Shown here piece after piece: positions 24,613-37,866 of a stretch of 64,000 bases of DNA. The stretch is taken from contig JBLDXI010000009.1 of the NCBI GenBank assembly GCA_047495785.1, forward strand, positions 2,356,001 through 2,420,000, written 5' to 3'. The position numbers and the translations under genes were made by a program. Numbering within the stretch: the first letter of the stretch is position 1; every line of letters begins with the position of its first letter. This DNA is from Lepidodermella squamata (Eukaryota > Animalia > Gastrotricha). The notes beneath the pieces are model-generated. The model had not been told where the DNA came from and did not search any database. It saw nothing but the letters and a program-made list of their open reading frames with translations.

Positions 24613-27415
24613 TTGTTTAGAATCAGCAAAAAGTCGAATGTGTTGCTGTACTGCTAACATTTTGGCTGAGCATACTTTTCGATAATTCATAAAGTTCTTT
24701 ATCTCCTAATACAAAATGTTGACTTTAAAGAGTGTTCTATGAAGTGTCATGAGAAAAATCAACTATGAAACGGTGCGTTTAAAATTAACTGACTGGCGTT
24801 TGAAAAATTGAAAACGCGTGTAATTCGATATCAACTCGCGCTAAAACCAGCGATCGACCGCGCGCCAGCCAGGCTAATCAAAGTCCGAGCGCGCGCGGCT
24901 TGTAAGACGCGCGTTATCGAGCGGAAAAAACGCGCTTTTCCTCTGCATGGTTGTTTTGAGAATTTAATTAAACAGCGGAATAATGAGTTCACAATAGAAA
25001 ATACGGACAGAGTTTTATTAATGAAATGCGGGGAGGCCGTGGTTAGAGACGCTTCCGCAGACGGGATGTTCCCAAAATAAAGCTAAAATCGCGACAATAC
25101 TCAAGGTCAGTCGCTGAGTTGGAATAAATCAAGCGAATTTTATGTTGAGAGAGAACGCATTAAAGTTACTTTTTTTATTGTTCGAAACTAAAGGTGGGGG
25201 TAGAGGTGGAAGACATTTTCTAGGGGCCTCATTTTGCATGTAAAGGGGTGAGTTTTTGCGTCGCTGTGGGAATATTATCTTCGATAATTTGTTAAGTAAT
25301 TGTTAATTGCTTAGCCCAGGTTAGCGGCTGAGTAAATAAAACCCTAACACGTTTTAAAGACGCCGCGATTGAATGAATAATTTATTCACTCACTCATAAA
25401 AACTTATTAATGCGCAGCGTTTTAAAATGTTCTTGGATTATGGGCGATGGGCGTCAATTAAGTCGATGTAACCAACCCCCCATGTCGTGTCTTGGCTGCT
25501 GTCTGAGCTGGATGCTATAAATAATGTGCTGCCGATATGATCCCGGTCATTATTAGTTTCATGTCGGGTGTTTCGAGGTTGCATTCCACTTTTCTAAATT
25601 TCATTTAACAATGAATCAAGAGTTCAAATTATATTAAAACTGAAAGGTCACCTAATGGGTTTAATCGAGTAGACATTAATGGAATATGATGGAACGAGAG
25701 CCATTCATGGAAATAAATGAGGATGAAGGCTATATCTTTCTTATCGAGCCGCATGTTTTGCACTTTTATGAACAGTACTCGGTGTTTGCCAGAAATCCGG
25801 GGGTGCTAATTTTGACAGCGCGGAATATGAGCCGAAAGCGGGCATTTTTCGGTGAATTTTCTAGAGGCTAGCTAAACCCTTAATCCTTCAGATCCTAATG
25901 TCACCTTTCCTCTATCGGGAATAAAATTAGCTGTTCATGAAATTGTATACTACTGAATGGGTTCTTCGGGCATTTCTAACATCATTCTAGACCCATGGTG
26001 CCGATGATGATTCATTAAGGTGAAGGGACGATTTTTCTTTCCTTGAAATACGATTTTACCTTGAAAACATGCGTGGCTGGAAAAATTGGGTGATAATATG
26101 GGCCTAACCGAAATAAGTGATCATCGATAGTCTAGCAGCTGTCGGTTGATTAAATAGGTCAATCAACGGTTAATCAGGGTATTGAAGCTCTTAGGAAGGG
26201 CTGCGATACTAAATTCGACACACTTAAATCTATTAATTGTCGCCTTTCGTGGCTATTTGATTAATTTCGGGGTAAAAATAGCGAGACTAGCCTGAAAATC
26301 AGGGGGCATATAGATTCATGGACTGCGCAAGGTTTAAATTCAATCGCAGACGATAAGCCCCGTTCAGACTAAATTCCCTGGATCATTATAATCCGTCGTA
26401 GACAGTAGACGCTAGTTTAATTTATGGCTGTTATCATACAAAATTAATAATAGCTTAAAATTTCACTTGCCAATTAATTTAATTCTACGAATGTCTTAGT
26501 GGTTGAAGTTTTGTAAAGTTGGACATTAATTTATAATGGCAACGGAATCCGTAATCGACCCGGACTAATTTACACTAGTACCTAAACCCCAATGTAAGAT
26601 TTTGTAACGCGATGCGCTCAACTGTTAAAATCCGCCTAATTAAAAGCCAATTTAACCAGTTTTTAAAGTCCTATGAGGTTGTGCGTGAAGTGAACTCCCC
26701 AAACATAGGATTCCAGGCTCCAGAACTAAAGAGCCCTAGCACTAATTCAGATTTTTCAGGCTTTACGTTTTCCTTTGAATATCAATCGATCAGTTTACGA
26801 GATACGCTATAGCCTGCAGAGCCGATATCGATTTCAAGTATCGATTTTAAAAATCAGTGATTTTTCCAATATCAGTAATCTTGTAAAGCAACATTTGAAA
26901 TATTTCCACCTATGGCGGATGATGCCAAGTAAAATCTCAGGGTCATGAGGGGCATCATCTTCTAGCAGGGAAAAAAATCGCAAAGAATTGCAGTCCTGGA
27001 ATCTTAATAATAATAGTGGTGCATATATATTTAGATCCGTATTTCAACGCAAATTGCGCGTAAACATTTCTAAAATTTCCTACTGCGTTTTGCGGGGAGA
27101 AAATCCCTACTCAGTGAGTTCTAATTTTGGAAAAAATAATGTCCGATTCAGCTGATTCGTGTGGGAAAATCAAGTTATTATAACTCGCCATGTTCTCTTT
27201 ATTTTTTGTCGCATAAAAATGTTTGGAAAACAATAAAATGTAAAAACATGATAATATAATATCGACAATAGTTCATCTGTATAAAAATATATATAGGCGT
27301 GTTCGACTGAGTTCAAAAGAAAACGCCCGTATGGTTTGCCATAGATTAGCTTTGAAACTTCGACGCTGCTTGCCACCGGTTGGAAAAATCACCGCTATCA
27401 GTTCCGGCTTCATCA

Positions 27416-28025
27416 TCATTTTCGAGTGCAATAGCTGAGCATTTCTTGACGACTGCATGACGAATAGCAGCACTCGCATATGAGATTGTTAGGCGGCCAC
27501 GTCGCGGCGTCTTTCGACGCTTGCCGGCGAGTTCGAACAACACTCAGCGCCTGTTCTTTGCTAAGACTCGAAAGCGTGCGACCGAGCAACCGGTAGTCAG
27601 GTGTTGTTGTCGAGGCAGCTTCTGTTTCCTGTTTTTGTTCTATGGGCTTCGCATCAATTAAAGCTCTCGAAAGTTCAGATGAGTCTGTGCGTAAAAAAAA
27701 CACTAATTTATAATGCGAAAAAATAGATGACTAATAGGTTACGATTAAAATTCCACGGGCTCATGAAGTTGCTGCGTAAAAGTTGTATATTCGCCGCGCC
27801 AGCTAGCTTGATGTTGAATTTAAGGCCTCGGCTCCGGCAGACCATTTTGATGATCGACAATAGGCGATGGTCGCAGATGCCGTAGTATGGTGGAGGTTGT
27901 TGATGAGGGCAGTACTTGTCTTGGCCAGCTTCGGCGATGGAGAATTCGAGCGATATTGCGAACATTGCGGTTACGCATAGCTTCACCAAAGTCACGGCTT
28001 TACTTTCCAACTCAAATTTATTCAT
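27416..28025 (-). CDS. Insulin-like peptide precursor 2 (8-Cys), 2 coding exons
   Basis: B chain KYCPHQQPPPYYGICDHRLLSIIKMVC; intron 27685-27742; RTRR site; A chain TWPPNNLICECCYSSCSRQEMLSYC. Confidence 0.92.
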
Positions 28026-28387
28026 TGGAAATAAAACCTAAAAAGTAAGAAATTGAAACTTGAGGAATCGGTTATACTTATTTCTTATCAAAAGAAAACC
28101 CGATTCTCGGAAATTGTACGAAATAACGTAAAAGAGCGCGTAGACACTGAAACCTGACGATGAGCGACAAATAATTTACTCGATGTTGAGAAGGTCCATA
28201 CTAAACGAGTAGGCTGGTTGTCACATCAATTAGCGACGAGTGGTTAATAAGACACGTACGAGATTCACAAACTGATCGAAAGTTATCGAAAGCGCAGGTG
28301 AGCGTGAGTGCGCGCGCACAGGTGCGTGCGCTCATTATAATATATGAATGAGGGGACAATTATAAGGAAGTCGTCGTCATAAGATGC

Positions 28388-28395
28388 TGACGTCA
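28388..28395. promoter_or_regulatory. Perfect palindromic CRE (TGACGTCA) upstream of ILP2
   Basis: TGACGTCA lies ~360 bp 5' of the ILP2 ATG and ~45 bp 5' of a TATA-like TATATTATAA (minus strand, ~28335-28344). Motif match only. Confidence 0.3.
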
Positions 28396-28709
28396 TCAAC
28401 TCCTTAGGGGTCCAACATAACGTCACAATTTAAAACTAAAAAAATATTTAATATAACAGAAAACTAAACATCATTTAAGGACCTCAAGGTCGTAGTAAAA
28501 ACATCCGTCTTGGTGAAATGAGCGAGCAAAAAAATTTAGAATTAATTTGATTGATAAACCCTCGAAAAATGGTTCGGCAAATACATTTCATGTTATTTTG
28601 CTAGTAACAAATCGCGTGGGCAAATTAAAGACTGGACACTGAGTTGTTTATATGATGTATGTGTGTGTGATGAATCATCCCATAATATTTGCGTGATGGA
28701 TAGTTTCAC

Positions 28710-29270
28710 TCATGCGCAATGCTCAATTAGCTCGTTGATGGTACAGGCCGAATAGCAACACTCGCAGATGATGTTTTGCGGCCGCCACCACGCGCCGGCC
28801 GAACGTGTTGTCAGCATTCGCCGTGCTTCGGAGGCGTTTATTATCGCGGCTTCGCCGAAAATCGATTTGAAATACATCTGACGGTGCGTGACGTAATCGC
28901 CGGCTTCGGGGGACGAGCCTGGGAATAAAATCCGGGATTTATTTTGCGTGTTCCGCAATTTAGGTAGTATTTTATCCTCACCAGTGCGTAAAAGCGGCAA
29001 ACTGCTGACGCCGGCTTTGCTATTTTTCGCCCTCCGGCCTTTACCGCCCCTTCTCTGATGAGCTGTTTTAACTGGTTTCGAGTGGGTTGCGCAAGCTTTA
29101 CGAAGAGCATCCAGCAAATTCATGCCACAAATGCCGAAATAAGGCGGAGGTTGCATGTTGGGGCAGTATTTTTCGAAAGCGGCTGCTTTTCTCGGCTGAA
29201 TGCTGAGAACATAAACGGCAAACAACACCGGTGCTGAAGTTGCCGCGAAGCCCGTTGATATTTGACTCAT
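28710..29270 (-). CDS. Insulin-like peptide precursor 3 (8-Cys); probable in-frame 63-nt intron at 28919-28981
   Basis: B chain KYCPNMQPPPYFGICGMNLLDALRKAC; A chain WWRPQNIICECCYSACTINELIEHC. Confidence 0.92.
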   Translation of the reverse strand: MSQISTGFAATSAPVLFAVYVLSIQPRKAAAFEKYCPNMQPPPYFGICGMNLLDALRKACATHSKPVKTAHQRRGGKGRRAKNSKAGVSSLPLLRTGEDKILPKLRNTQNKSRILFPGSSPEAGDYVTHRQMYFKSIFGEAAIINASEARRMLTTRSAGAWWRPQNIICECCYSACTINELIEHCA

Positions 29271-30631
29271 TATACGATAAGCTCTGCCAAAGAAATAAAG
29301 AGATCAATAGGCACGCGACCACAAAAAAACAAGCGTGGTAAAAAATGTGAGCAAAATTTGACAAAGTACTATGTAAAATGAGTCAGGTGAAATCAAAATA
29401 ATAGGAAGATGACTACATTTTCTGGCTACCTAAGAATGATCAAAAAAGTTGTAATTAGGAATTCAAATAAAAATTACAAAATGATGAACACGTCTGTCCA
29501 TAAATTGGGCACATTAAAGCCGTGTCTAGATTGACTTACTTTCCAAGGGCTGCAATAGAGTACACTTCCTTCCTGGCTGTGTGACACTTTGTCGATCCAG
29601 ACCTTCAAAGTTCATCACTTCACGGCTCTATTTACCGCTTGTCGGGTGCTTCATCAAGCGTGAAAATTTGGCGTTGATGCGTTTGACAGAGAGATGTCGC
29701 GGAAATGAACGCTTAATCATAGGAAAATGAATCATTTTCGTGCAAAGCCTCTCATTAAAAATCAGCTGACAAGTTCCTGAAATAGGTGAACTCTATCGAG
29801 TTTAGCAAAAAAGTTGTTATTCCAAGCCTGAACTGGAAAGATTCCTTGCTAACTTCTTTAGTCAATTTTCTTTTCCCTGTCAACTTATAATTGAAAGACT
29901 TGAATTGGTTTGATGTGGAACAAACACTGACATTTTCAAACCTTGCCAATTAAAATGTTTGTCATTATTAGGGCTAAATTCCCATACGTCCTAACTCAAA
30001 CTTCAATTTAAAAAATGGACATACCTTCATTGATCAGGCCCCTGTTGATAGATTTTGACAGCCGCAGTAGTAGTAAACATGCATTTGATGTGAAGTCATA
30101 GCACCGTGTCAATTTTCAGACCGTGGCAACTGATCAGCCGTAACCATGTGAGAGTGAAAAATTGTACACCTAATGGGACGAAGTGATGTCCCGCGTCCTT
30201 TACATTTTCGGCTATAACTTATTAGAGAGACCAAAATAGGGTGCCAAACAGTCAAGAAAGTTATTTCAGTCATAGTTGTTGTTTTATTTTCCGAAGAAAT
30301 CGAAACGAGTTGCACGACATTATAAGAGCTCATGAAAAGTCATCAAAAATTGTCATCAAATGCAGCATAATTAATATAGGGAAACCCATGGTTTTATTAT
30401 TATATATATATATAGTATGAACTGAAGATGCATGCAAGAATCAAATGGCAAATAAGGGAACCTGGATTATAATCTGCGGATCGAATTATGTACAGCTTGA
30501 TTAGAAAGGAGAAAAGCTAATATATTATTATGTAATAAAATGGTGATTAAATCTAGTCGAACATGAATCGAAAAACCGAGATTGATTTTGACTACATTCA
30601 CGACACGTAAAAAACATTAAAAGAAGACGCT

Positions 30632-31271
30632 TCACGGTTTTGTCCAACAATACTCCAATGCTTCTTGAACTTTGCAAGCGTGATAACAGCATTCACAGAT
30701 GATATTTTTCGGCGTCCAGCTTGGCAGCATTCTCCGCGATCGAATGAAAGATCGGGCGCTTCGCTTTTCCAACAACCGCCCCTTCCCAAGGGCGCTTATA
30801 ACCAAGCTATTAACGTCTTCTTCATCTAAGATAAAATAATTTAAAATTTTATGAAAAATTAATTTTGAATCTTTTACCTTCATAGCTGCTTTCGCGACTC
30901 TCCGAGTCAGGAATTTTGGAAATAGCTGCAGCTACACTTGGGTCAGATATAAGGGTATTGTTAGTGATAGACGTAGTTTTGAGGAGCGAAAGAGCAGTCC
31001 GCATTATGGAAGGAATGTTTTCGACGCTGAAAGTTGTAGACGAAGCTGTTTCGGCGATTTTGCCACTCGAGTGAAGCCGGCACAACTTTTTGATATACTT
31101 CATCATATCACGGCCGCAGACGCCCGGGAACGGGCCCGTTTGCTGATGCGGACAGTACTGCGTGTACCCGGCGGCATCGCTCGCCGGTACCAGCGTGGCG
31201 ATGAGCAGGTACCACGCGCCGCAGATGACTAGCAGCTCTCGTAGGGTGATTATGTCAATAAAATTAGCCAT
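30632..31271 (-). CDS. Insulin-like peptide precursor 4 (8-Cys), 2 coding exons
   Basis: B chain QYCPHQQTGPFPGVCGRDMMKYIKKLC; intron 30826-30877; KR and RSRR sites; A chain SWTPKNIICECCYHACKVQEALEYC. Confidence 0.92.
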
Positions 31272-33102
31272 TCTTTCCAAGCATTTCAGTGTAATATAAT
31301 ACAAGTCTATCAAGATTCAGAGGAAAATAGAAAAAATTGTTTGGAAGTGGAGGAGGGGGTGATGACGCAAATAAGGCGGTGTGGCACTGGTCACGCTTGA
31401 CCTGTTGGCTCCACCTTAAGGTCGTTCGTGTGCCAACAAATAAAACATCAAGCTGAACATGATTACATGACATGAATAAGTTGGAACAAAATCTAGATGA
31501 TAACAGGCGACACGAGGCTTTTTAATTATCAATCAAGTAAAAGTATATAACAGGAATTTAGAGGCGCAATTAAATTAGCGGGCACGCGAATTCTCGAAAA
31601 ATTGAACACTACTTTGTCTAGAACTTGTAATTATACCACTAAACCCAAAGGGCCGCGTAGTAAATATGTCTGCTTCTACACAATTCGCGCGTGACAAAAA
31701 ATGTTAAGACAATGCCCGGTCCATGATGTTATAATTTTGTTGTCGGCGATTTTTGTCTGATGACGCGGCAAGTCGGCCACTTTTTTGTTATTTTTACCTG
31801 ACGGCGCACTTGACTCGTACGCAGGTCGCGCGTTTGAGGCGTTTCGGGTTCGTTTCGAGTGGTAAAAATCCCATTCCACGCCGGCGGATCGGCGTCATAA
31901 TTTATTCCGCTTGAACTGAGCGAAATACTATACACCACCAGGCTTATATTTAAATGAAGCAATAACGCAGCTTGATTTGAAAGCAAATGTCAGCATATAA
32001 GCTCTTCAATTCATAGAATGTTGTTATAACCTATGCGGAACCGCAGGGAGCATCAGGGTGCACGAAAAACGGCCTCAAATGCTTTTTCATTGTATATTAT
32101 ATTAGCCAAGGTTGATAAACTCACTATAGACAACGGCTGCTTCAATAGTTGAAAAAAATGCGGGTAAACTGCAAGGTGTTTAAAAGGAATTGGCTGCACA
32201 CAATTAGCCGCGATGTTGTTGAGTGGTGAAATGGAATCCATGTAATGTTAAACTTGAAAAAAAAATAGAAACGTGACCACGTATATTTGTGAGGCGGCTG
32301 CGGCTAGTTCCTTGTTGCGCTTTTGTCTTGACATTATTACGCTTCATTATTTTTTTACCCTTCATAAATCATTTTCTCCCCATTTTCACACTTATGCCAT
32401 TTGACAGTTGAGGGTGATCGCAAATACTTCAAATGTCCCCGTAAATCATGTCAGATTTTCCGATGAATGAATAACTGTTTTTTACCATTTATGGCTTCAC
32501 TTCGAGTTCACATGTCTCAATTTAATTGCGAGTCTGGAAAAGTCCAACCCACACACGAGATTTTCCTCCGCAAAAATTATCAGAACGCGGTTAATCTGGT
32601 TTGAAAAAAAATCCGTTTTAAAAACATATTTTTTATAAGCTTTCTTAAAAAAGTAAAATTAATTGGCTAATTTGACAATAATATAATAGCGCCTTATATC
32701 GAGACACAAGAGTTTTAAAAATTCGCCAAGTCACGCGCATCCAGAGCCATCGAAGAGAGTCATTGATAGAAAACGAAAAAGATATAGTATAAGAGGTCCG
32801 CAACTTGTGTTTGTTCAGAGAAAAGTATAATTTTTGACCCTCTTCGAAGCTGCAAGATGCGCGAAGTTGGGCGAACTTTATGTCACACGGGTTCATGCAA
32901 TAAGAGCGAGCGGTAGAGAGACAGAGAGAGAGAGTGGGTCATAAAAAGAGAGAGAGAGTCAAAAAAACACGACACGCACAAGCCTAATAATAAGAAGATT
33001 TTCACCGCGATATTTTAAATTTTACGGTGTAATAAATTACGACATATATAGGTGTGGTGTTCAATTATTTTGAGAATCAACGCCCCGGTGGTTTTTTTTC
33101 AT

Positions 33103-33585
33103 TCAGCACCACGAAACCATCTCCTGAACGCTGCAGTAGTTGAAGCAGCACTCGCAGACCAAATTTTGCGGGCTCCACTTTTGAAACAGGTTGGTTACAT
33201 GCCGGCGAGAGCGAACCAGCGTACGCGCCGCTTTTGCATCATTTATCCGCGCAAGTACGAGGTTGGCGAACGCGTCGCTCATCGTGCGAAGCATCGGCAA
33301 TTTGCCATTGGCGCCGCCAAGCGCTCGGTTCATCCCACCGCCGCCGCTCATCGGTGCGACTTGGGCGAGAAGGCGGTCGTGGTGGCGGGGCGCGACGCCG
33401 CCGTTACGGGTCCGGCACACCTCGCCGAGTTTGCCTAACAGTTGCATACCGCAAACGCCGGGGAATGAGTGCAGGCCCTCGAGGCGCGGGTTAAGGCACG
33501 TTTTCGTCAAAACGGCGTCGGCGCTGCGTGACCAAAGCGACACCAGCAGAATGGTGACTGCAATCGTAGCTTGCAACAGATACAT
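33103..33585 (-). CDS. Insulin-like peptide precursor 5 (8-Cys), intronless CDS
   Basis: Signal peptide; B chain KTCLNPRLEGLHSFPGVCGMQLLGKLGEVC; RSRR site; A chain KWSPQNLVCECCFNYCSVQEMVSWC*. Confidence 0.93.
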   Translation of the reverse strand: MYLLQATIAVTILLVSLWSRSADAVLTKTCLNPRLEGLHSFPGVCGMQLLGKLGEVCRTRNGGVAPRHHDRLLAQVAPMSGGGGMNRALGGANGKLPMLRTMSDAFANLVLARINDAKAARTLVRSRRHVTNLFQKWSPQNLVCECCFNYCSVQEMVSWC

Positions 33586-35141
33586 TGATAGCAAGGTATT
33601 GTGATGGTAAAAAAAATTGTGATGAAATAATCACAATATTAACAACAAGTTGCAGACCATTTACGCCCTAGGAAACATAGAAAATAAAATATAAAAATTT
33701 GTCCGCACAAACAAAAACAAAGCCAGGTATATAATTTGCACTTCTTTCGAACTCGTAATCTAATAAAATATTTGTGGTATTTCCCAATATGAATATCTCC
33801 TAGTGGGCGAGGTAGCCGGAGGAAATTTTGTTATACAACATATGTCAAATTTTCAAGTAGTACATACGTTTTCTAGGTCCCCTTATATATTTCTAGTATA
33901 TTGGCGCCGGGGAGGAATAAATTTGCCGGGAAGGAAGCCAAGCGTGTGCCGATTGATATAGGAAATAAAAGAGGGCCAACTGTTTCCGTTATGGCTCAGG
34001 GGGCGTGTGATTTTGAGACGCAAATCGGCTTTCATAGAAAAATCACTCGAGCAATTTTTACGATTTACCAGATCATCCCAGCTTATTGTAGGGGTCAACA
34101 AGGTAGGGCACGAAAACACACGTGTTTTTTCAGTCCGAAGTCTAAGCCTTGCTCAGAATTATAGGGATAGTCTCGCAATAGAAAAAAAGTGCTTCGTTAA
34201 TGTTGAATAAAACCCAACATCGCACTAGCTACTATTTAGGATCAGGTGAGCTGGGTAATAGGAAAAAATTGAATTTGGTCGGGTTTTTAAACGCCGGTGA
34301 TGAAGCTTTGGCCTCCGTGTCCGTAAAAGGAGGTCTCTTCTAATTGGGCTTGTCAACTATTTAATTGAGATGTATAATGTTTGTTCAACGAAAATCACTG
34401 CGAAAATATCCGCGTTTCACCTGAACGAGACGCCTAGGATGTCTTTAATCCGCGACACTGTAGTCGGGGCTATTGCACAAATTCCTATCTGGGGGTGGCT
34501 TTCAATTGTACACATTCCTTTAATTAGCGGTAGAAAATAACTTGACGTAGGTCGATGAGGTGAAAATTCCGGCGCTATCACGTTTTTTTGTGTACGCCAT
34601 TAGGATGTTCAACTGAGGAATGCAAGGGCGGATGCGCTACTTTGCTGATCAAGACAATTATCGAGTCTTGTCAAGATTCATGATATAATGTCGCTGAATT
34701 TTTTTTAGCTTAGGAAAAAAACGATGGTCACCTCATTTTCTCTGTCGTCAGTCTTTATTTAGGCAAACATTTACTCCAGTTGTCGAGACGGAAAAAAAAT
34801 AGGAACGTGGACATTTTTTCGGCCGGGTTCATTCACAAAAATTATTATTCAACATAAATATTTACCGAGTATATAGAAACACCGCGGGGGCATCTAATAC
34901 GCAGTTTCATTCATCTTTTTGTCAACCAGACAGGAAGTCATTGGCTAGAGCTCAAGATTCGTTCAGCGACAAATATTTATCATATTAAAAAACGTCACGA
35001 AAAAAACAGGAAAAACTAAAACAGGAATAATATGATTCGGTCTAATTAAGACAAAACGCGAATTTCGAGGAGTAAACATATTTTCGACACAACCATGATG
35101 TCCTCGAATTTCACGAGTATTTATATGGACATAATTTTCTT

Positions 35142-35633
35142 TTACAGATATTTGCAATATTCCGTGATTTCTTCTACCGTACAGACGTTGTAGCAACATT
35201 CGCAGATGATATTCTGCGGCGTCCAGCCAGCTGTTGGCATAGAAATCGACCTTTTCGATCGCAGAACAGCCAGGGCGTCATGCCGGGATTTAGCCGGCAA
35301 TGCATCTCTTCGTTTTCGCAACACACTCAGGATCAGTTGATCGGCTACATCCTCATCCTCATCGTCGTGGAAGTTTCGCTTGTTGACGTAACCGAAACGA
35401 GGCTCGATGAAGTTCCCCGGCCCTGCGTTGTAGCCGTTACTCCGGCAAACGCTGTTAAGCTTTGCGAGCAGTCTCATGTCGCATATACCGGCGCCGTATC
35501 TCTGAGGGTGTTTACAGACCCTAGTCAGACCAGCTTCTGTGCTAGATGACATGGCTAATATGGTGACAAGCAAGACAGCTGCGACGAAATCGACACCGCG
35601 ACGTGACTTGAGCGTCTCAAATTTTCCCATCAT
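35142..35633 (-). CDS. Insulin-like peptide precursor 6 (8-Cys), intronless CDS, two C-peptides
   Basis: B chain RVCKHPQRYGAGICDMRLLAKLNSVC; KR, RKRR and RSKR sites; A chain GWTPQNIICECCYNVCTVEEITEYC. Confidence 0.94.
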   Translation of the reverse strand: MMGKFETLKSRRGVDFVAAVLLVTILAMSSSTEAGLTRVCKHPQRYGAGICDMRLLAKLNSVCRSNGYNAGPGNFIEPRFGYVNKRNFHDDEDEDVADQLILSVLRKRRDALPAKSRHDALAVLRSKRSISMPTAGWTPQNIICECCYNVCTVEEITEYCKYL

Positions 35634-37196
35634 TATCAGCAAAATATGAAGAAAAGCTACAAAAAAATGATGCAAAAAGCGTGAATGAGAGGGTACTAAG
35701 CGCGAAGACGTTGGTGTAGTTTGACAGTGTTCGTTAATGATAGGCGTGGGCAATATGAATATGGGGGTGTGGCGACTACAGCCACACAGATTCTATCGGT
35801 CACATATCGCTAAGCGGAAAAAAACAAGCTCTCCTGGCACAAAAAATGATGTGATGAGTGCCTAGAAAATAACATAATGTGAATGGTACTCGAATTTCTG
35901 GCACTGATTCAAATCTCTTGCTGAAAAGCGATATAGGAAAAACGACGCTATGGATTTTTTGCATATTATAAACAGGAATTTCGGGGTGTTGAGTTTGGCC
36001 AGCAATCTAGAGCCACGTTCGTTATATTGGATGTTCACTGAGGCGGAAACGGGGTTACACGAGTTCCCATGAGCCTTGATTTTCCAAGTCAGTTCATTTG
36101 AATTTAAAGTTGGTGCTGGTGAAAAAATAATCAAGTTTTTTTCGAAAATCAAGGTTGTAATAATTAAAATCAGATAGTAAATCTTTATCAATTAAAAACG
36201 CACTGACTGATTGAAGTTTTAATTACTTTCTGTCTGTTCTATATTTCTCAAGTGTTGTCGCGAGGCCTGGCGAATTATATAGTCCCGATATGGACACTGA
36301 TGTCAGGGTCTAATAATTCGATTCGATTATTTGCATCACGCGCTACTTAACGCAGTGAACCCGTTAACGGACTTCGTCACATCATATATTGCGTATCATA
36401 TATGTTTACGACGGATTTCCGATGATTCAAAACAACGTTGGCTTAGACATCCGTGAAAAACAGCTTCTTATGTTATAATAAGCGAAAACAATAAAATTGG
36501 CTGCAATCACCGGAGGTAGTGCCACTTGAGTGACGACACGCGTTATAGCTGATTGATGATAGCTGATAATTAGCGCCGCATAGGAAAGCGTTAGGAATTT
36601 TAACCATGTGATCGGATAGCACCGAAGGAATTTACAAATTATTAAATAATAAATTCTCGATTTTTCAGGAAGGTCTCGCGCGTAATTTCGGTGCGTCATT
36701 GAACAAGGTCTAGTGCGTCATCGGCATCTGCAATAGCCCACTTATGCTGTTTTATTTATATTTTTCTCATGATATACACGTAATTTGAAAAATAAATCAC
36801 AAACATTTTGCCGCGTCAACGAAAACGAGCAACGAAAAAAATATAATAATATCGATCGATAAATTTTTCAAGTTTTGAAAAATCCTTGATTTTTTTTTAG
36901 AGATCCTCTATAGTGGATTCAATCGCTACAGCTTGTCTTTCAAGACATGTTTCGTATAAAAGGAAGAATAAGATGCGATGAATGGCAATCGAATTACCCG
37001 ACCTATGGTCCCTATAGTCGGAACAACATTCTCAAATGTGTAACTAAAACTAGCCACGATTTTTCTATCGTATTAGAGATAGATTGAAACAGAAATTTTT
37101 AAAACATGCATTTCAAAAAATCAGCATGAAAATTTAGTGATAGGTATATCATAATATGTTTCAAACATTATCTCTGTTCATATTATGTTATTCAAC

Positions 37197-37866
37197 TTAA
37201 TTCAACTGAGGGCAATATTCTGTCATCTCTTGAACGGTGCAAATGTTGTAGCAACACTCGCAGACAATATTTTGAGGCGTCCAGTTTTTAGGGTTCAACA
37301 AATTGGCCCACATCGAGTTGGCACCCCCGGATCGAACGAAAGCCAGAGCAAGTTCCTTCCGCAGTATTAGTTCTCTGAGGCGAGGCGGTATTTCCACCGA
37401 AGGCAGCACTGGAATAGTTAAAAAATGTTAAAAGAAATAGGTCAAAAAAATTCGACTCACGATCTGAAGCAGCGATCACATTGTCTTCTCCACTCATCTC
37501 CGAGGACGCATCAGTCCCATTTTTTTCGAACGACAAGTCCGCCGAGCGACGTATGCGCTGGTTGCTGCTGGTTACTTTCGCTTGTTTCTGCAGCTTTTGG
37601 ATAACATATAAATTAGCGCGATCAATCGCCAACTGGCTCGGGTTCGATGGTGAGTTGGCGTATTTTACCAAGCCGTCGCGGTAGAGGGGGCAAACTTGGA
37701 AATGAACGACGTACATGAGTCGCTCGTTGCATATGCCTCGCTCGTGGCCGAAGCGTTGCGGCTGAGGGCAGATTTTCGTGTACAGGGCCGAGCATGAGTC
37801 GATGAGGCAACACGCAGCAAAAACTGCCACCGTCAAGCAAACTTCGCATTTTTTCAACCGCACCAT
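37197..37866 (-). CDS. Insulin-like peptide precursor 7 (8-Cys), 2 coding exons
   Basis: B chain KICPQPQRFGHERGICNERLMYVVHFQVC; RIRR site; intron 37409-37460; A chain NWTPQNIVCECCYNICTVQEMTEYC. Confidence 0.92.

Noticed and set aside
25100-27400. Possible additional or decayed ILP gene in the larger spacers (also 38000-40500)
   Set aside because: No CECC A-chain or GIC B-chain motif seen by eye or in the ORF track; a tblastn with the eight ILPs would settle it.
33052-33604. Overlapping plus-strand ORFs over ILP5
   Set aside because: A consequence of the high GC of the ILP5 CDS; no motif support.
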